This document shows positions 46,740 to 56,068 of a stretch of 64,000 nucleotides of DNA, piece by piece. A program made the position numbers and the translations under genes. Origin of the DNA: a virus; IMG/VR virus record IMGVR_UViG_3300027736_002225; one strand, written 5' to 3'. How positions within the stretch are numbered: position 1 is the first letter of the stretch; each line of letters starts with the position of its first letter. The notes below the pieces were generated by a model that saw only the letters and a list, made by a program, of their open reading frames with translations, was not told the origin of the DNA and made no database searches.

Positions 46740-48026
46740 TTATGCAAATAAATTTTCTAATGACATCCGAGGCTGATGGCTTACAGATTCAGATTCCATA
46801 TATTTACCAACGTGCTTTTCCCAATGAGAAAAGTCTCCAATATCTTTAACTTCAAACAATGTAGCATACTCATTTTCGCAACCCTTATCTCTACAAAATC
46901 TAAGTAACTCGTCTTTAGATTCTAATAGGGTTGTAACATCAAGTGTGAAATTATGCACATTTGTCAATATGAAACAAAGACGTGCTTTCATAATGTCAAT
47001 AAACTTGCCGCCATTTTCAAGATACTTACCTACAGCAATGTTCATTAATTTATGATATTCTTCTGGAGTATATTCGGTACCACAAACACTATTGATTTCA
47101 TCTACAACTGTTCTATAGATGTTAGAATATTCTCTGCCCATTTTTACAGATGAGCCGCCATAACCATGTCGTGTTTTTTTACTATACGAGAAATAAAACA
47201 ATCCATTATCTAATGACATTGAATGTGTTGTAGAATCATAAGAGATTTCAATGTTCTCATACATTCCAGTCTGACTAAAAACCATATAGGGAAGCATACG
47301 ACGCAGTGCGCCTACCCCTAGAATGTGAAGATGAAATGGTTTCTTAAAGGGCATTACCTTAACATAGAATGCTCGTTTAACATCTTCAAGTTGCCCAGTA
47401 CCTAGTGCAGCAGATGCCATTGACACACCGCCGATACGATCATGATATGGTGCAGTGATTTCTTCAAGTAAAATATTTGCCCACTCAGCATAAGTCTCAT
47501 GACAAGCACCTTGAATGATTGCGAAAGGTCGACAATCACTTTTCATTTCAATAAACTTTTCAATCTGAGATTTAATATTTTGTCCCGTTTGCTTGGCATA
47601 ACTAGCAAAATTATCTCGGTCAAAATATCTACCCTTAGTATCAAGCTTTGCAGACTTGCCACTTGCATTAGTAATTATTACTGGGATCTCATCAAAGGAC
47701 ATTCCAATGTCTGCATGGGATGCTTGATTCTCATAAACGCTATTACGAACTTCTGGCGAATTAGGAATGCCACGTGTAATAATTTGCAGACCGCCAGAGT
47801 CGGCATGTATATTTTTAATCGCGGGTCTAAATTTTTGTAGACGTTTTCCAAATTGTTTTTCAGTAAACCCGTTATACAATAATGAGAACTGATGATTATT
47901 CATATTATGAACAGTCTTACCAATAAGGTCATTGATCATCTGCAATACTGCAGGATCATTACATTGTTCTGCACCAAGACGTAAGTACGCCGGTCCAGAA
48001 ATTACATATTCCATCTGTCTGCTCAT
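46740..48026 (-). CDS. dpdA: TGT-fold DNA-guanine transglycosylase (DpdA-like)
   Basis: ADSGG, SFDEIP, IIQG, HLHILGVG, SYDSTT motifs; lies inside the folE/queD/queE cluster. Confidence 0.75.
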   Translation of the reverse strand: MSRQMEYVISGPAYLRLGAEQCNDPAVLQMINDLIGKTVHNMNNHQFSLLYNGFTEKQFGKRLQKFRPAIKNIHADSGGLQIITRGIPNSPEVRNSVYENQASHADIGMSFDEIPVIITNASGKSAKLDTKGRYFDRDNFASYAKQTGQNIKSQIEKFIEMKSDCRPFAIIQGACHETYAEWANILLEEITAPYHDRIGGVSMASAALGTGQLEDVKRAFYVKVMPFKKPFHLHILGVGALRRMLPYMVFSQTGMYENIEISYDSTTHSMSLDNGLFYFSYSKKTRHGYGGSSVKMGREYSNIYRTVVDEINSVCGTEYTPEEYHKLMNIAVGKYLENGGKFIDIMKARLCFILTNVHNFTLDVTTLLESKDELLRFCRDKGCENEYATLFEVKDIGDFSHWEKHVGKYMESESVSHQPRMSLENLFA

Positions 48027-49390
48027 TCGAATAAACTTTCTAAAGTGCTTGAGGTATTTTGTTCATTGGGAACAAAATTTTTATCTTTTGATAGATAAGT
48101 GTGATTGTCTGTATAGATTATATTATACTTGTGCTTGTTTGTCAATACAGAACGGACATCATCAATAGATAAATCTTTTCTATTTAGATCAGTTATATAC
48201 TTTTTGTACTGAACCGTTTCGTATTCGTTAATTTTTGCTTTGCTAGAATTAGACTTTGTTGGTTTGAACAAATCAAATACATTAAACCATTCTCCAACAC
48301 CATTTAAGTCCATGGTCACTACGCGTTCTAATGCGCCAGTATTGTACCAATCAAACGGGCTTTTGTATTGTTCATACAATTTAAGTATTGTACTACTAAC
48401 ATCTTTTTTATCTACGCTAAAAAAATCTGTACCATTAAAGTTTTCTAACCAAGACATTCCTTTAAGTGCAACTGTTGGCATATGTCCAATACATTCATAG
48501 AATGCTAAGCCAAAACTTTCTCGTATTGCGGGATTATAAGCAACTCTAGCAGATGTTATAAAATCAACTTTTTCCTGTCCATATATCTCTGAGCGAATTT
48601 CAAATTTAGCATTAATTTCCTTTAACGCTGCTTCAAATTTTTTCGCACCAGTATCATTTGTAATAATTTTTGCAGGCAATTTTGTTTCTGCAATCATACG
48701 AACAAATTCCTCAGGATTCTTCCTTGGCTCCCAGCGACCAATCCATAATACACCTTCTCTAGATTTAGTATGAGGAGACAGCAATTCTTTTTCCGTCATT
48801 TGTATAGGTGTATAGTATGCGTCTTTACCTGACAATTTAATCTCATCAACATTTCTACGTGTTTGTGTGCCAATATAAATGCCGTTTACATCCATCAACT
48901 TAATAAAAAATTCATTGAAAGAATCTGAGAATTTGCTTTTTTGAGGACTGTCTTCCATAAAGACCAAATTCTCGTGATGCGTATAATATATGACTTGTAC
49001 TGAATCTTGAATAGATAGGGAATAGATTGCGGGAAATGATTCCACGGTGTTACAAATAACTACATCGTATAGATTGTCATTTAGAGCAGTCATAAAACAT
49101 TCTCTAAAATTAATCATTTTTTCAAAGTTATATGAATCCTCAAACATAAAAGTTTTGGCGTGTTTACTATAACTAAGTGGCTCTTTAGGTGCAATAACAT
49201 TAGCACCTTTAGATTGAAGATATGCACTAAAGTCTTTATTGGATGCCGGTTTATCCAATATAATATCAATTTTTATTCCAATAACAGAACAAGTCTCTAC
49301 AAAGGATTTTGCAAATTGTCCGATGCCACCATATGGAATTAAATGCTGATCGCTAATACAAAAAGCAATTCTCCTGTTGTAAATATTCAT
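48023..49390 (-). CDS. GT4-like (GT-B) glycosyltransferase
   Basis: GGIGQF, IGRWEPRKN, RESFGLAFYE (E-x7-E). Confidence 0.8.
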   Translation of the reverse strand: MNIYNRRIAFCISDQHLIPYGGIGQFAKSFVETCSVIGIKIDIILDKPASNKDFSAYLQSKGANVIAPKEPLSYSKHAKTFMFEDSYNFEKMINFRECFMTALNDNLYDVVICNTVESFPAIYSLSIQDSVQVIYYTHHENLVFMEDSPQKSKFSDSFNEFFIKLMDVNGIYIGTQTRRNVDEIKLSGKDAYYTPIQMTEKELLSPHTKSREGVLWIGRWEPRKNPEEFVRMIAETKLPAKIITNDTGAKKFEAALKEINAKFEIRSEIYGQEKVDFITSARVAYNPAIRESFGLAFYECIGHMPTVALKGMSWLENFNGTDFFSVDKKDVSSTILKLYEQYKSPFDWYNTGALERVVTMDLNGVGEWFNVFDLFKPTKSNSSKAKINEYETVQYKKYITDLNRKDLSIDDVRSVLTNKHKYNIIYTDNHTYLSKDKNFVPNEQNTSSTLESLFE

Positions 49391-49391
49391 A

Positions 49392-49901
49392 TCAATTACC
49401 CAAGATTTTAATTAAGTGTTTTGTTTGATGCATTGCGTCATCCAATGCATTGTGATATGTTCCTTGCCGTTCATCAGCAGGAATCCATTTGAATAATGCC
49501 TTTACAGTTCTGTAGCAACGATCGTCCCATGGATGCCATGGTGGTTTTCTGCCTGTATTGAAATAAGCATTTCCAAGAATAGTATTATCAAATACTGCAC
49601 CATTGCCCCACAAAGGAAGACTCTTTGGACCAAACCAAATTTCGAATTTGTCTAGTGCTTCTTGTAGTGAGATGTTGTTTTTTGTTAACTCTCGGAATGC
49701 TTCTTTGTTTTGCTTTGACCACCATTCAACAGTATCCTTGGCAATATGCAGGCCTGCTTCTTTGCATGACTTTATATCAATAGTGCAGTAAAACGTATCC
49801 AGTATTTTATCCCCTTCAAATTTTACTGCACCAATGGAACAAATTGCCGCATTTGATCTTGTTGACATTGTCTCCAAATCAACCATTACGTTTATAGTCA
49901 T
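49392..49901 (-). CDS. DEDDh 3'-5' exonuclease (DexA-like)
   Basis: MVDLET, GNGAVFD, HNALDDA. Confidence 0.85.
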   Translation of the reverse strand: MTINVMVDLETMSTRSNAAICSIGAVKFEGDKILDTFYCTIDIKSCKEAGLHIAKDTVEWWSKQNKEAFRELTKNNISLQEALDKFEIWFGPKSLPLWGNGAVFDNTILGNAYFNTGRKPPWHPWDDRCYRTVKALFKWIPADERQGTYHNALDDAMHQTKHLIKILGN

Positions 49902-50587
49902 TTTGAACGGGCGATGCTTAAGAATTCATTTCGTAGTGCAGGATCAGTTTTAAATCCGCCACCTAATTTACTTGTAACTGTAGAGCTACCAGTATCTTCT
50001 ACGCCTCGGCTCTTAACACAGTAATGCTGAGCATCAAGCATAACTGCAACATTATCTGTTTCCAAGATAAATTGCAGGGCATGGTAAATTTGTTCTGTCA
50101 AGCGTTCTTGAATCTGAGGACGCTTGCTAAAGTATTCTACGATACGATTGATTTTACTCAATCCAAGAACTTTATCTTTTGGGACATAAGCAACAGTTGC
50201 CAATCCATCAATAACTACAAAATGATGTTCACAATTACTTTGGACATTAACATTGCGCTCAACGACCATTTCATTATATTTCATCTTGTTATCAACTGTG
50301 GTACATTTAGGGAATGCGTCATAATCAAGTCCCCAAAAGATTTCATTGACATACATTCGGGCAACACGTTTTGGAGTATCACATAAACTATCATCTTCTA
50401 AATCAAGGCCCAGCACTCGCATAATTTCTGAAAAGTGAGACTCAATTACTTCAATCTTTGTTTTGCGATCAAGATCTAATCGAGTATTAGGATCTAATCG
50501 GGTAGGAGTCTCGACTCCCATTGCAACTAAATGCTGATGAACTTTTTGCCCCAATTCTGGGTCTGTTTTTGTCTTGTTATATGACAT
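49898..50587 (-). CDS. folE: GTP cyclohydrolase I
   Basis: [29 protein letters not shown]. Confidence 0.95.
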   Translation of the reverse strand: MSYNKTKTDPELGQKVHQHLVAMGVETPTRLDPNTRLDLDRKTKIEVIESHFSEIMRVLGLDLEDDSLCDTPKRVARMYVNEIFWGLDYDAFPKCTTVDNKMKYNEMVVERNVNVQSNCEHHFVVIDGLATVAYVPKDKVLGLSKINRIVEYFSKRPQIQERLTEQIYHALQFILETDNVAVMLDAQHYCVKSRGVEDTGSSTVTSKLGGGFKTDPALRNEFLSIARSK

Positions 50588-50651
50588 TTGAATCCTTCCT
50601 TACACGGATATGATGATTGAAAATTTTGTTACCTTTGTGTAACATTATTAT

Positions 50652-51509
50652 TTATGTTCCCCACTCATTCTTAAAAAGTGGTACTTGTAAACGATCGCTA
50701 TATCGAAGACCATTCTTCATTGCCATTTCTGCAACCTTTCGATTGTTCATAGCATAAACGCTTTCGACACCGCCTACCGGCATCAAATAAACAGGACCTT
50801 TAAACCCTGCAGATTTATATAGTTCAATTGCTTCCATTGCTTCTTCAGCATCTTCTTCAGTTGCAACTACAAACTTAAGATAAGTGTATCCAACGTCTTG
50901 ATATGCTGATACAATGTCGGGGCAAATTGCTTCTTCCCATTTTTCGCCGCTGACACTTAATTTTGGACTAACAGAAAATGTTAGTGCATTATATCCTCTG
51001 TCTTTACGACCAAGAGACCAATTAAGAAGAAATTGTCTGAATTCAGATGACAATGCCTGTGTACCATTTGTTTCAAACGTAATCTCTTTTAAAGATTTCA
51101 TTTTTTCATTATCTAGAAGATCTGGATACGATCGTTGCCAACCAAGTAATGGTTCGCCGCCCGTTATTACAAGATGTTCGTCTTCCCATTTCTTGTACGG
51201 AAGTATATCCATAATTGTATCGGCAATGTTATCAGTATCAAGTACAGGGCTAAGATGCTTAAAACGAGGATCCCAGCTAGCGTAAGAATCGCACCCTGTA
51301 CTAACAAGAGGCAAATCTTTATAGGAAAGAAACTTACGTACGTCAGCCGCGATATAATCAACTTCATTGCTAAATTCCCCTTTTGGCATTCCAAATCCAC
51401 TACAAGTGAAGTTACAACCAAATGTACGAAGAAAAACACTAGGTACGCCCATGTAGCGGCCTTCACCTTGTATACTATAAAACAATTCTGCAACTTTAAG
51501 CTTTGCCAT
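50652..51509 (-). CDS. queE: 7-carboxy-7-deazaguanine synthase QueE (radical SAM)
   Basis: FYSIQGEG, FLRTFGCNFTC...CDS, ITGGEP, FETNGT, SPK. Confidence 0.9.
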   Translation of the reverse strand: MAKLKVAELFYSIQGEGRYMGVPSVFLRTFGCNFTCSGFGMPKGEFSNEVDYIAADVRKFLSYKDLPLVSTGCDSYASWDPRFKHLSPVLDTDNIADTIMDILPYKKWEDEHLVITGGEPLLGWQRSYPDLLDNEKMKSLKEITFETNGTQALSSEFRQFLLNWSLGRKDRGYNALTFSVSPKLSVSGEKWEEAICPDIVSAYQDVGYTYLKFVVATEEDAEEAMEAIELYKSAGFKGPVYLMPVGGVESVYAMNNRKVAEMAMKNGLRYSDRLQVPLFKNEWGT

Positions 51510-51537
51510 CAAGACTCCAATAATTTAATTAACACTT

Positions 51538-51567
51538 ATTATATAGTAAATTAGTCATCCATGTCAA
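51538..51567 (-). promoter_or_regulatory. sigma70-type promoter of the queE cluster
   Basis: TTGACA-N18-TATAAT. Confidence 0.6.
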
Positions 51568-52165
51568 GAGGATTGTCTGAATCTATTTCAACTTTTTTAA
51601 CCTTTTTAGGGATATTTATGTTGCGTTTTTCAATATCAATATTGTCCATTTGCCGTTTTAAGTAATCCAAAAATTGGTGACTAAATTCACCGTTATCATG
51701 ATCTTGCAAGATCAAGGAATCAATATCCATATTCTCAATCATCTTATACTTAGTGGCCTGTTGTTTCTTTTCCTTTTGAATTCTGCGAATAAAGGCAAAG
51801 TAAATAATCTGAGTATAATATGCAAATGGATTTGAAGATTTACTTGGGTCAAATTTTTGTACTGCAGTTAAACAATTTTCAATCCCGTCCGAAATCATAT
51901 CATCTTTAAAAGTATAATTAATAAAATTAGATTTGTATGAAAGGTGTGTAGCAATCTTTATAAAACATTCGCCAATATATCTAGTAACAACGGGGGTTTC
52001 TTCTCCTCGTTCTTTAGCAGCATCGACTTGTTCTTTATATGCTATTAAGGCTTCTAAAAACTCTTTATTATTTACATAATGTGCAGTAACCGAAGGTTTC
52101 TTTTCCTTAATGGAAAGTTTTCCTTCGTCTGATTCTATTATTCCCATAGTCGTGTCTTTCATCAT
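51551..52165 (-). CDS. 55: late-transcription sigma factor (gp55)
   Basis: HYVNNKEF, DMISDGIENC, NPFAYYTQI, RRIQKEKKQ. Confidence 0.95.
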   Translation of the reverse strand: MMKDTTMGIIESDEGKLSIKEKKPSVTAHYVNNKEFLEALIAYKEQVDAAKERGEETPVVTRYIGECFIKIATHLSYKSNFINYTFKDDMISDGIENCLTAVQKFDPSKSSNPFAYYTQIIYFAFIRRIQKEKKQQATKYKMIENMDIDSLILQDHDNGEFSHQFLDYLKRQMDNIDIEKRNINIPKKVKKVEIDSDNPLDMDD

Positions 52166-52523
52166 TTTCTTCTTCTAAAATTGAGTCTCTTATTTCATCT
52201 GTTACATCAATTGCGTTTTCTTCTGCTTCTTTACGGGCATCAAGATATTTAATATAATTTTCTGTAAGTTCTTCGTTGGCTTTTGCGTATGATATAATAT
52301 TTCGAACAGGAACCTCATAAAATTCTTCTTTGGTTAATGCAAACCAAGGAGCAAGTGTATACGATTCAATTACAGCTCTTCCAACATTTGATCTAATTTG
52401 ATTTAATACCAAAGGATCTTTTATAAAAAGACTAAAGGTATTTTTTAAATCTATTACTTCATCCGTTTTACATACTATATCTTCACCACTATTTAACTTC
52501 AATATTTTATAACTTAGGATCAT
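52107..52523 (-). CDS. conserved T4-like phage protein (Sm-like fold predicted)
   Basis: ILKLNSGEDIVC start; between uvsW and gp55. Confidence 0.65.
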   Translation of the reverse strand: MILSYKILKLNSGEDIVCKTDEVIDLKNTFSLFIKDPLVLNQIRSNVGRAVIESYTLAPWFALTKEEFYEVPVRNIISYAKANEELTENYIKYLDARKEAEENAIDVTDEIRDSILEEENDERHDYGNNRIRRRKTFH

Positions 52524-54004
52524 TGTAATTGAACTTTTATAAGTTTGTAGTCAAAATGTTCATCATTGTAAATTTTTATCCGTTCAATCATATGAAGTAA
52601 CGTAAAGTTCTTTTTAGATTTCCAGGTTAAATCATCGCCTATATCATATAGATTGCAACTGTCTTTGTCTTTGGTTGTTCTCAAACCACGTCCAATAGAT
52701 TGCAAATTTCTTATCCGAGATTTAGAAGGAGATGCAAATACAATATTATGCAAATTCTTAATGTTAATCCCGGTAGAGAATGTTCCATATGAAGCCACTA
52801 TTATAGCATTATTTTCGAGTTCTGTCAATGCTCGAATTTTTTCTCTTTGCTCCGTATCTGTTCCCCCATAAACAAAAAATACTTTTCTATTTTCTGCTTT
52901 GGCATTAATCATTTCATATAGATTTTTGCCATGTTTTTCTACATACTGAAATAATACAAGACTGTTACCTTCTTGTTTAAGAGTCAAATTTCTAATAAAT
53001 TTGTTTCTTGGTTCGTATTGAACAAGAAAATCCATTTCTTCTTGATACGTTTTACCCTTCATAGCTTTTTTAATTTCATCCGGATAATCTAATATCAAAT
53101 TATAGATTTTTAAATCAGATAATGTTTTGCTTGTAATAAGTTTCTTAGTTGTTGTGACTTTATAAACAGGACCAAAGATACCTTCAAGAACTAACTTATG
53201 CGTTTGTGTACCATCCAATGTACCAGTAGTCCCTACTCTATAAGGAGCGTCTGGGCATTTATTTAAAATTCCAGTTAAAGATTTTGCTTTAAATTGATGA
53301 GCTTCGTCTCCATAAACAACTTGGAATTTTTCAAAAAATTGTTTTGGTAATTTATAGATAGATTGCCAGGTACTAATAACAACATTACAATCTGTAGATT
53401 TTTCATGCCCGCCATAAATGCGATGGCAATGGGATGCTGCATCCCATCCATTTAAACAAGAATAATCTCGAAAATCTGAAAACATCTGTTCTACCAAAGA
53501 TGTTGTAGGTACAATAATTAATTGCCTTCTGTCAAATTCATAGTGCCAACGAATTATACAATAAATTATTAAAGATTTTCCAGATCCGGTGGGAGAAAGT
53601 AATAACCTTCTACCGTCGCTAATTGCTTTATGTACCGCTTCTATTTGATATTCTCTAATTGGAATCGGTTCGCCTTTTGAGCCAATGTTTAACTTTTCAC
53701 AAAATTCTTTTACAGATTCAAAAGTACATTCATCTGCAGTTTTTTCATACTCAGATAAATCTACAGTGTATTCTCTTTCTTTTGCAAAATGTTCAACATA
53801 CTCTTTTAAGCCAACATAAAGCTCTTTAGTAAACATAGAAAAAAGCCTGACACGGCCATCCCACATCTTTGATCTATACAAAGGGTGAAATTTTGCACCA
53901 GGTACTTCGAAGGAAAAATGATTATTTAATTCCTGAGCAATTGAAGGCTCAGCATCAATATTCAAATATACTTCATTCTTTTTTCTTATTTTTATATCGG
54001 CCAT
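52520..54004 (-). CDS. uvsW: SF2 helicase UvsW
   Basis: SPTGSGKS, DEAH, TGT, QSIGRGLR. Confidence 0.95.
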   Translation of the reverse strand: MADIKIRKKNEVYLNIDAEPSIAQELNNHFSFEVPGAKFHPLYRSKMWDGRVRLFSMFTKELYVGLKEYVEHFAKEREYTVDLSEYEKTADECTFESVKEFCEKLNIGSKGEPIPIREYQIEAVHKAISDGRRLLLSPTGSGKSLIIYCIIRWHYEFDRRQLIIVPTTSLVEQMFSDFRDYSCLNGWDAASHCHRIYGGHEKSTDCNVVISTWQSIYKLPKQFFEKFQVVYGDEAHQFKAKSLTGILNKCPDAPYRVGTTGTLDGTQTHKLVLEGIFGPVYKVTTTKKLITSKTLSDLKIYNLILDYPDEIKKAMKGKTYQEEMDFLVQYEPRNKFIRNLTLKQEGNSLVLFQYVEKHGKNLYEMINAKAENRKVFFVYGGTDTEQREKIRALTELENNAIIVASYGTFSTGINIKNLHNIVFASPSKSRIRNLQSIGRGLRTTKDKDSCNLYDIGDDLTWKSKKNFTLLHMIERIKIYNDEHFDYKLIKVQLQ

Positions 54005-54444
54005 TACATCATACCGTTAGTGAATTTTGTCCATTCTAAACAGTTCTTAATATCCCATGTTCTACTATTCAATGACCGAATAATTTGCTCCAATTGGTAC
54101 TGAACAATTTTAAAATATTCAACCTTATCTTCTAATAAAATAAGATCGTTATCTACCTGCAGGAACTCATCCATTTCATTTTTTAATGGTTTGTTTCCCT
54201 GCCATTGTTCCCATTCTTCTGCAGCTAATTCGGCTTGTGTCATTTCTCCTCTGTAATACTTATATTTCTTACGTCGGAGGTTTAAATAGTCAGACTCGGC
54301 TTTTCGTAAATTAAGACGAGTAGATGATAAAAAATTCAAATACTTTGAATGTAATAAAGGAGTGCGAGCAGATTCTTGCCCTAGATTAGTTTCATTAATC
54401 TTGCAATCATCTGCCCACGATGACTGTAGGTCAGACAATTTCAT
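54004..54444 (-). CDS. uvsY: recombination mediator UvsY
   Basis: PLLHSKY, YYRGE, WDIKN; synteny with uvsW. Confidence 0.9.
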   Translation of the reverse strand: MKLSDLQSSWADDCKINETNLGQESARTPLLHSKYLNFLSSTRLNLRKAESDYLNLRRKKYKYYRGEMTQAELAAEEWEQWQGNKPLKNEMDEFLQVDNDLILLEDKVEYFKIVQYQLEQIIRSLNSRTWDIKNCLEWTKFTNGMM

Positions 54445-54447
54445 GGA

Positions 54448-55332
54448 TTAACCAATTTTGATAATTTGATTAGGATTACCTTGGAAGTTGAAAGAACCGA
54501 AGTGGTTTAGCGAGATTGACGGATCAAGCCAAATATCACCGCCAATACCTTGCCAACGACGACTAAAGGTATAATCCTCAGACAAATAACGACGATCTTT
54601 AGGATCAATCATTGTGTCAAAGAATGCATAGAAAAAGTCTTGCAAATCTGGAGGAGTATTCAAATCGTTGTTATATTTGAGTTCCGGATATGCTGCAATC
54701 ATCTTGTCAATTGCTTCGCGCTTAATCATCATAAATCCTGTAGCGCCGTCATGCAATTTGATAACGCCACTTTCAATAGCAATTTGCTTCATATCTGCAT
54801 TAACAAATTTAAAGTTAATAGCATAATCACTTCCTGAAGCTGCGATCATTCTATCGTCCATAGGGGCCTGTCCATTAGACAAAACCGCATCACGGATACG
54901 TTGCCAGTTAACACCCTTCTTAGGATATGCACCAACGCATACTTCTTTATTGTGTGCAATAAGTTTCAAGACATCTTCAACTTGAAATTCAATGTCAGCA
55001 TCAATAAACAATAGACGAGTATAGTTGCTTTGCAAAAAATATGCAACTAAAACATTTCGAGCACGAGTAACAAGAGACTCATTTGCAATTGTTCCAAATG
55101 CAACTGGAATTTGATGTTGGTTGAAAAATGTCAATGTGCGAACCATTGAACGGAAATACGCTTCTGTTAGCATACCACCATAACAAGGGGTTGCAATAAA
55201 AAGTCGTTCTTTGCGAAGATCTTCAATGTTTATTTGAAGTTGACTTTGTTGGTTTTCTGCTGGTGCGGCAGGTTTATTAAATTTTGGCACCGGTACTTTC
55301 GGAATGTTTTTCAAAGGGTTGTTTTTAGCCAT
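54448..55332 (-). CDS. GT-A-fold glycosyltransferase-like protein
   Basis: IATPCYGG, ESLVTRARN, LFIDADI, YLSEDYTF. Confidence 0.7.
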   Translation of the reverse strand: MAKNNPLKNIPKVPVPKFNKPAAPAENQQSQLQINIEDLRKERLFIATPCYGGMLTEAYFRSMVRTLTFFNQHQIPVAFGTIANESLVTRARNVLVAYFLQSNYTRLLFIDADIEFQVEDVLKLIAHNKEVCVGAYPKKGVNWQRIRDAVLSNGQAPMDDRMIAASGSDYAINFKFVNADMKQIAIESGVIKLHDGATGFMMIKREAIDKMIAAYPELKYNNDLNTPPDLQDFFYAFFDTMIDPKDRRYLSEDYTFSRRWQGIGGDIWLDPSISLNHFGSFNFQGNPNQIIKIG

Positions 55333-55351
55333 ACTATCTCCATATTATTAA

Positions 55352-55936
55352 TTAAAGTTTCTCCACCTCAAACAAGGTATATTTAAATGAGGCAATTGCG
55401 GTAAAATATTCAACGCTTGCAGATGCAATATCAAAGTCTAAAGCTTCCAAGGACACAGGGAATATGTCTTTAAACATTATATTTACTTTAGGCGTATTTG
55501 TCGAGTCTAAAATGCACAAAGTTGCATCCGAGTATGCCAAAACTTCAGTAATTCCTTTAGAAGTTACTTTAAATGGAAATGCACTTGGCTTATTCGCAGT
55601 AAATGCGCCGAATTGGGTATAATCTTTTGGAAACCCCAATGCAACTAACCATTTATATATTTCCATATAGTTTGACATATCTTCTGCGATTAAAAATCTA
55701 ATACTAAGATCTCCAAATTGCAGCTTGTCTCCAATGCGAGGAATATCGGTAAAGGGCGAGGGTTGAGATGCAAACCCTAAAGCCAATTGAGGTAAATTTG
55801 CAGATTGACAAGTAAACGATACATTTGGTATATCCTTTACAGAAAATCTGAAAGCGTTTGGCCTTAGATAGTCGTGAGTTGTTGGCAAATTATTTGCATA
55901 ATTTTGCTGAAGCACACTTATATTTGAAGTAAACAT
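55352..55936 (-). CDS. 3: tail tube terminator/completion protein (gp3-like)
   Basis: FTCQSANLP, GDKLQFGDL, NYMEIYKW, FPVSL. Confidence 0.8.
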   Translation of the reverse strand: MFTSNISVLQQNYANNLPTTHDYLRPNAFRFSVKDIPNVSFTCQSANLPQLALGFASQPSPFTDIPRIGDKLQFGDLSIRFLIAEDMSNYMEIYKWLVALGFPKDYTQFGAFTANKPSAFPFKVTSKGITEVLAYSDATLCILDSTNTPKVNIMFKDIFPVSLEALDFDIASASVEYFTAIASFKYTLFEVEKL

Positions 55937-55962
55937 TTTAAAACACCTTCTACTGATACTTA

Positions 55963-55970
55963 TATTTATA
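55963..55970 (-). promoter_or_regulatory. T4-type late promoter
   Basis: TATAAATA. Confidence 0.7.
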
Positions 55971-55976
55971 AGGCAG

Positions 55977-56001
55977 AAAAGGGGGAAAAATCCCCCCTTT
56001 T
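55977..56001 (-). terminator. terminator after the major capsid gene
   Basis: AAAAGGGGG(G)-ATTTTT-CCCCCTTTT. Confidence 0.75.
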
Positions 56002-56068
56002 AAAGAACAGCCTGTAGACTGTAGATATACGCCGGTCTTAATGCCGGCTTTATCAATGTAATTTTTGA

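Noticed and set aside
44685-51509. tRNA queuosine or folate pathway
   Set aside because: No queC/queF/queA or folB/folK/folP in the window, and the TGT-fold protein shows no C-terminal Zn-binding CxCxxC motif of tRNA TGTs; DNA modification fits better.
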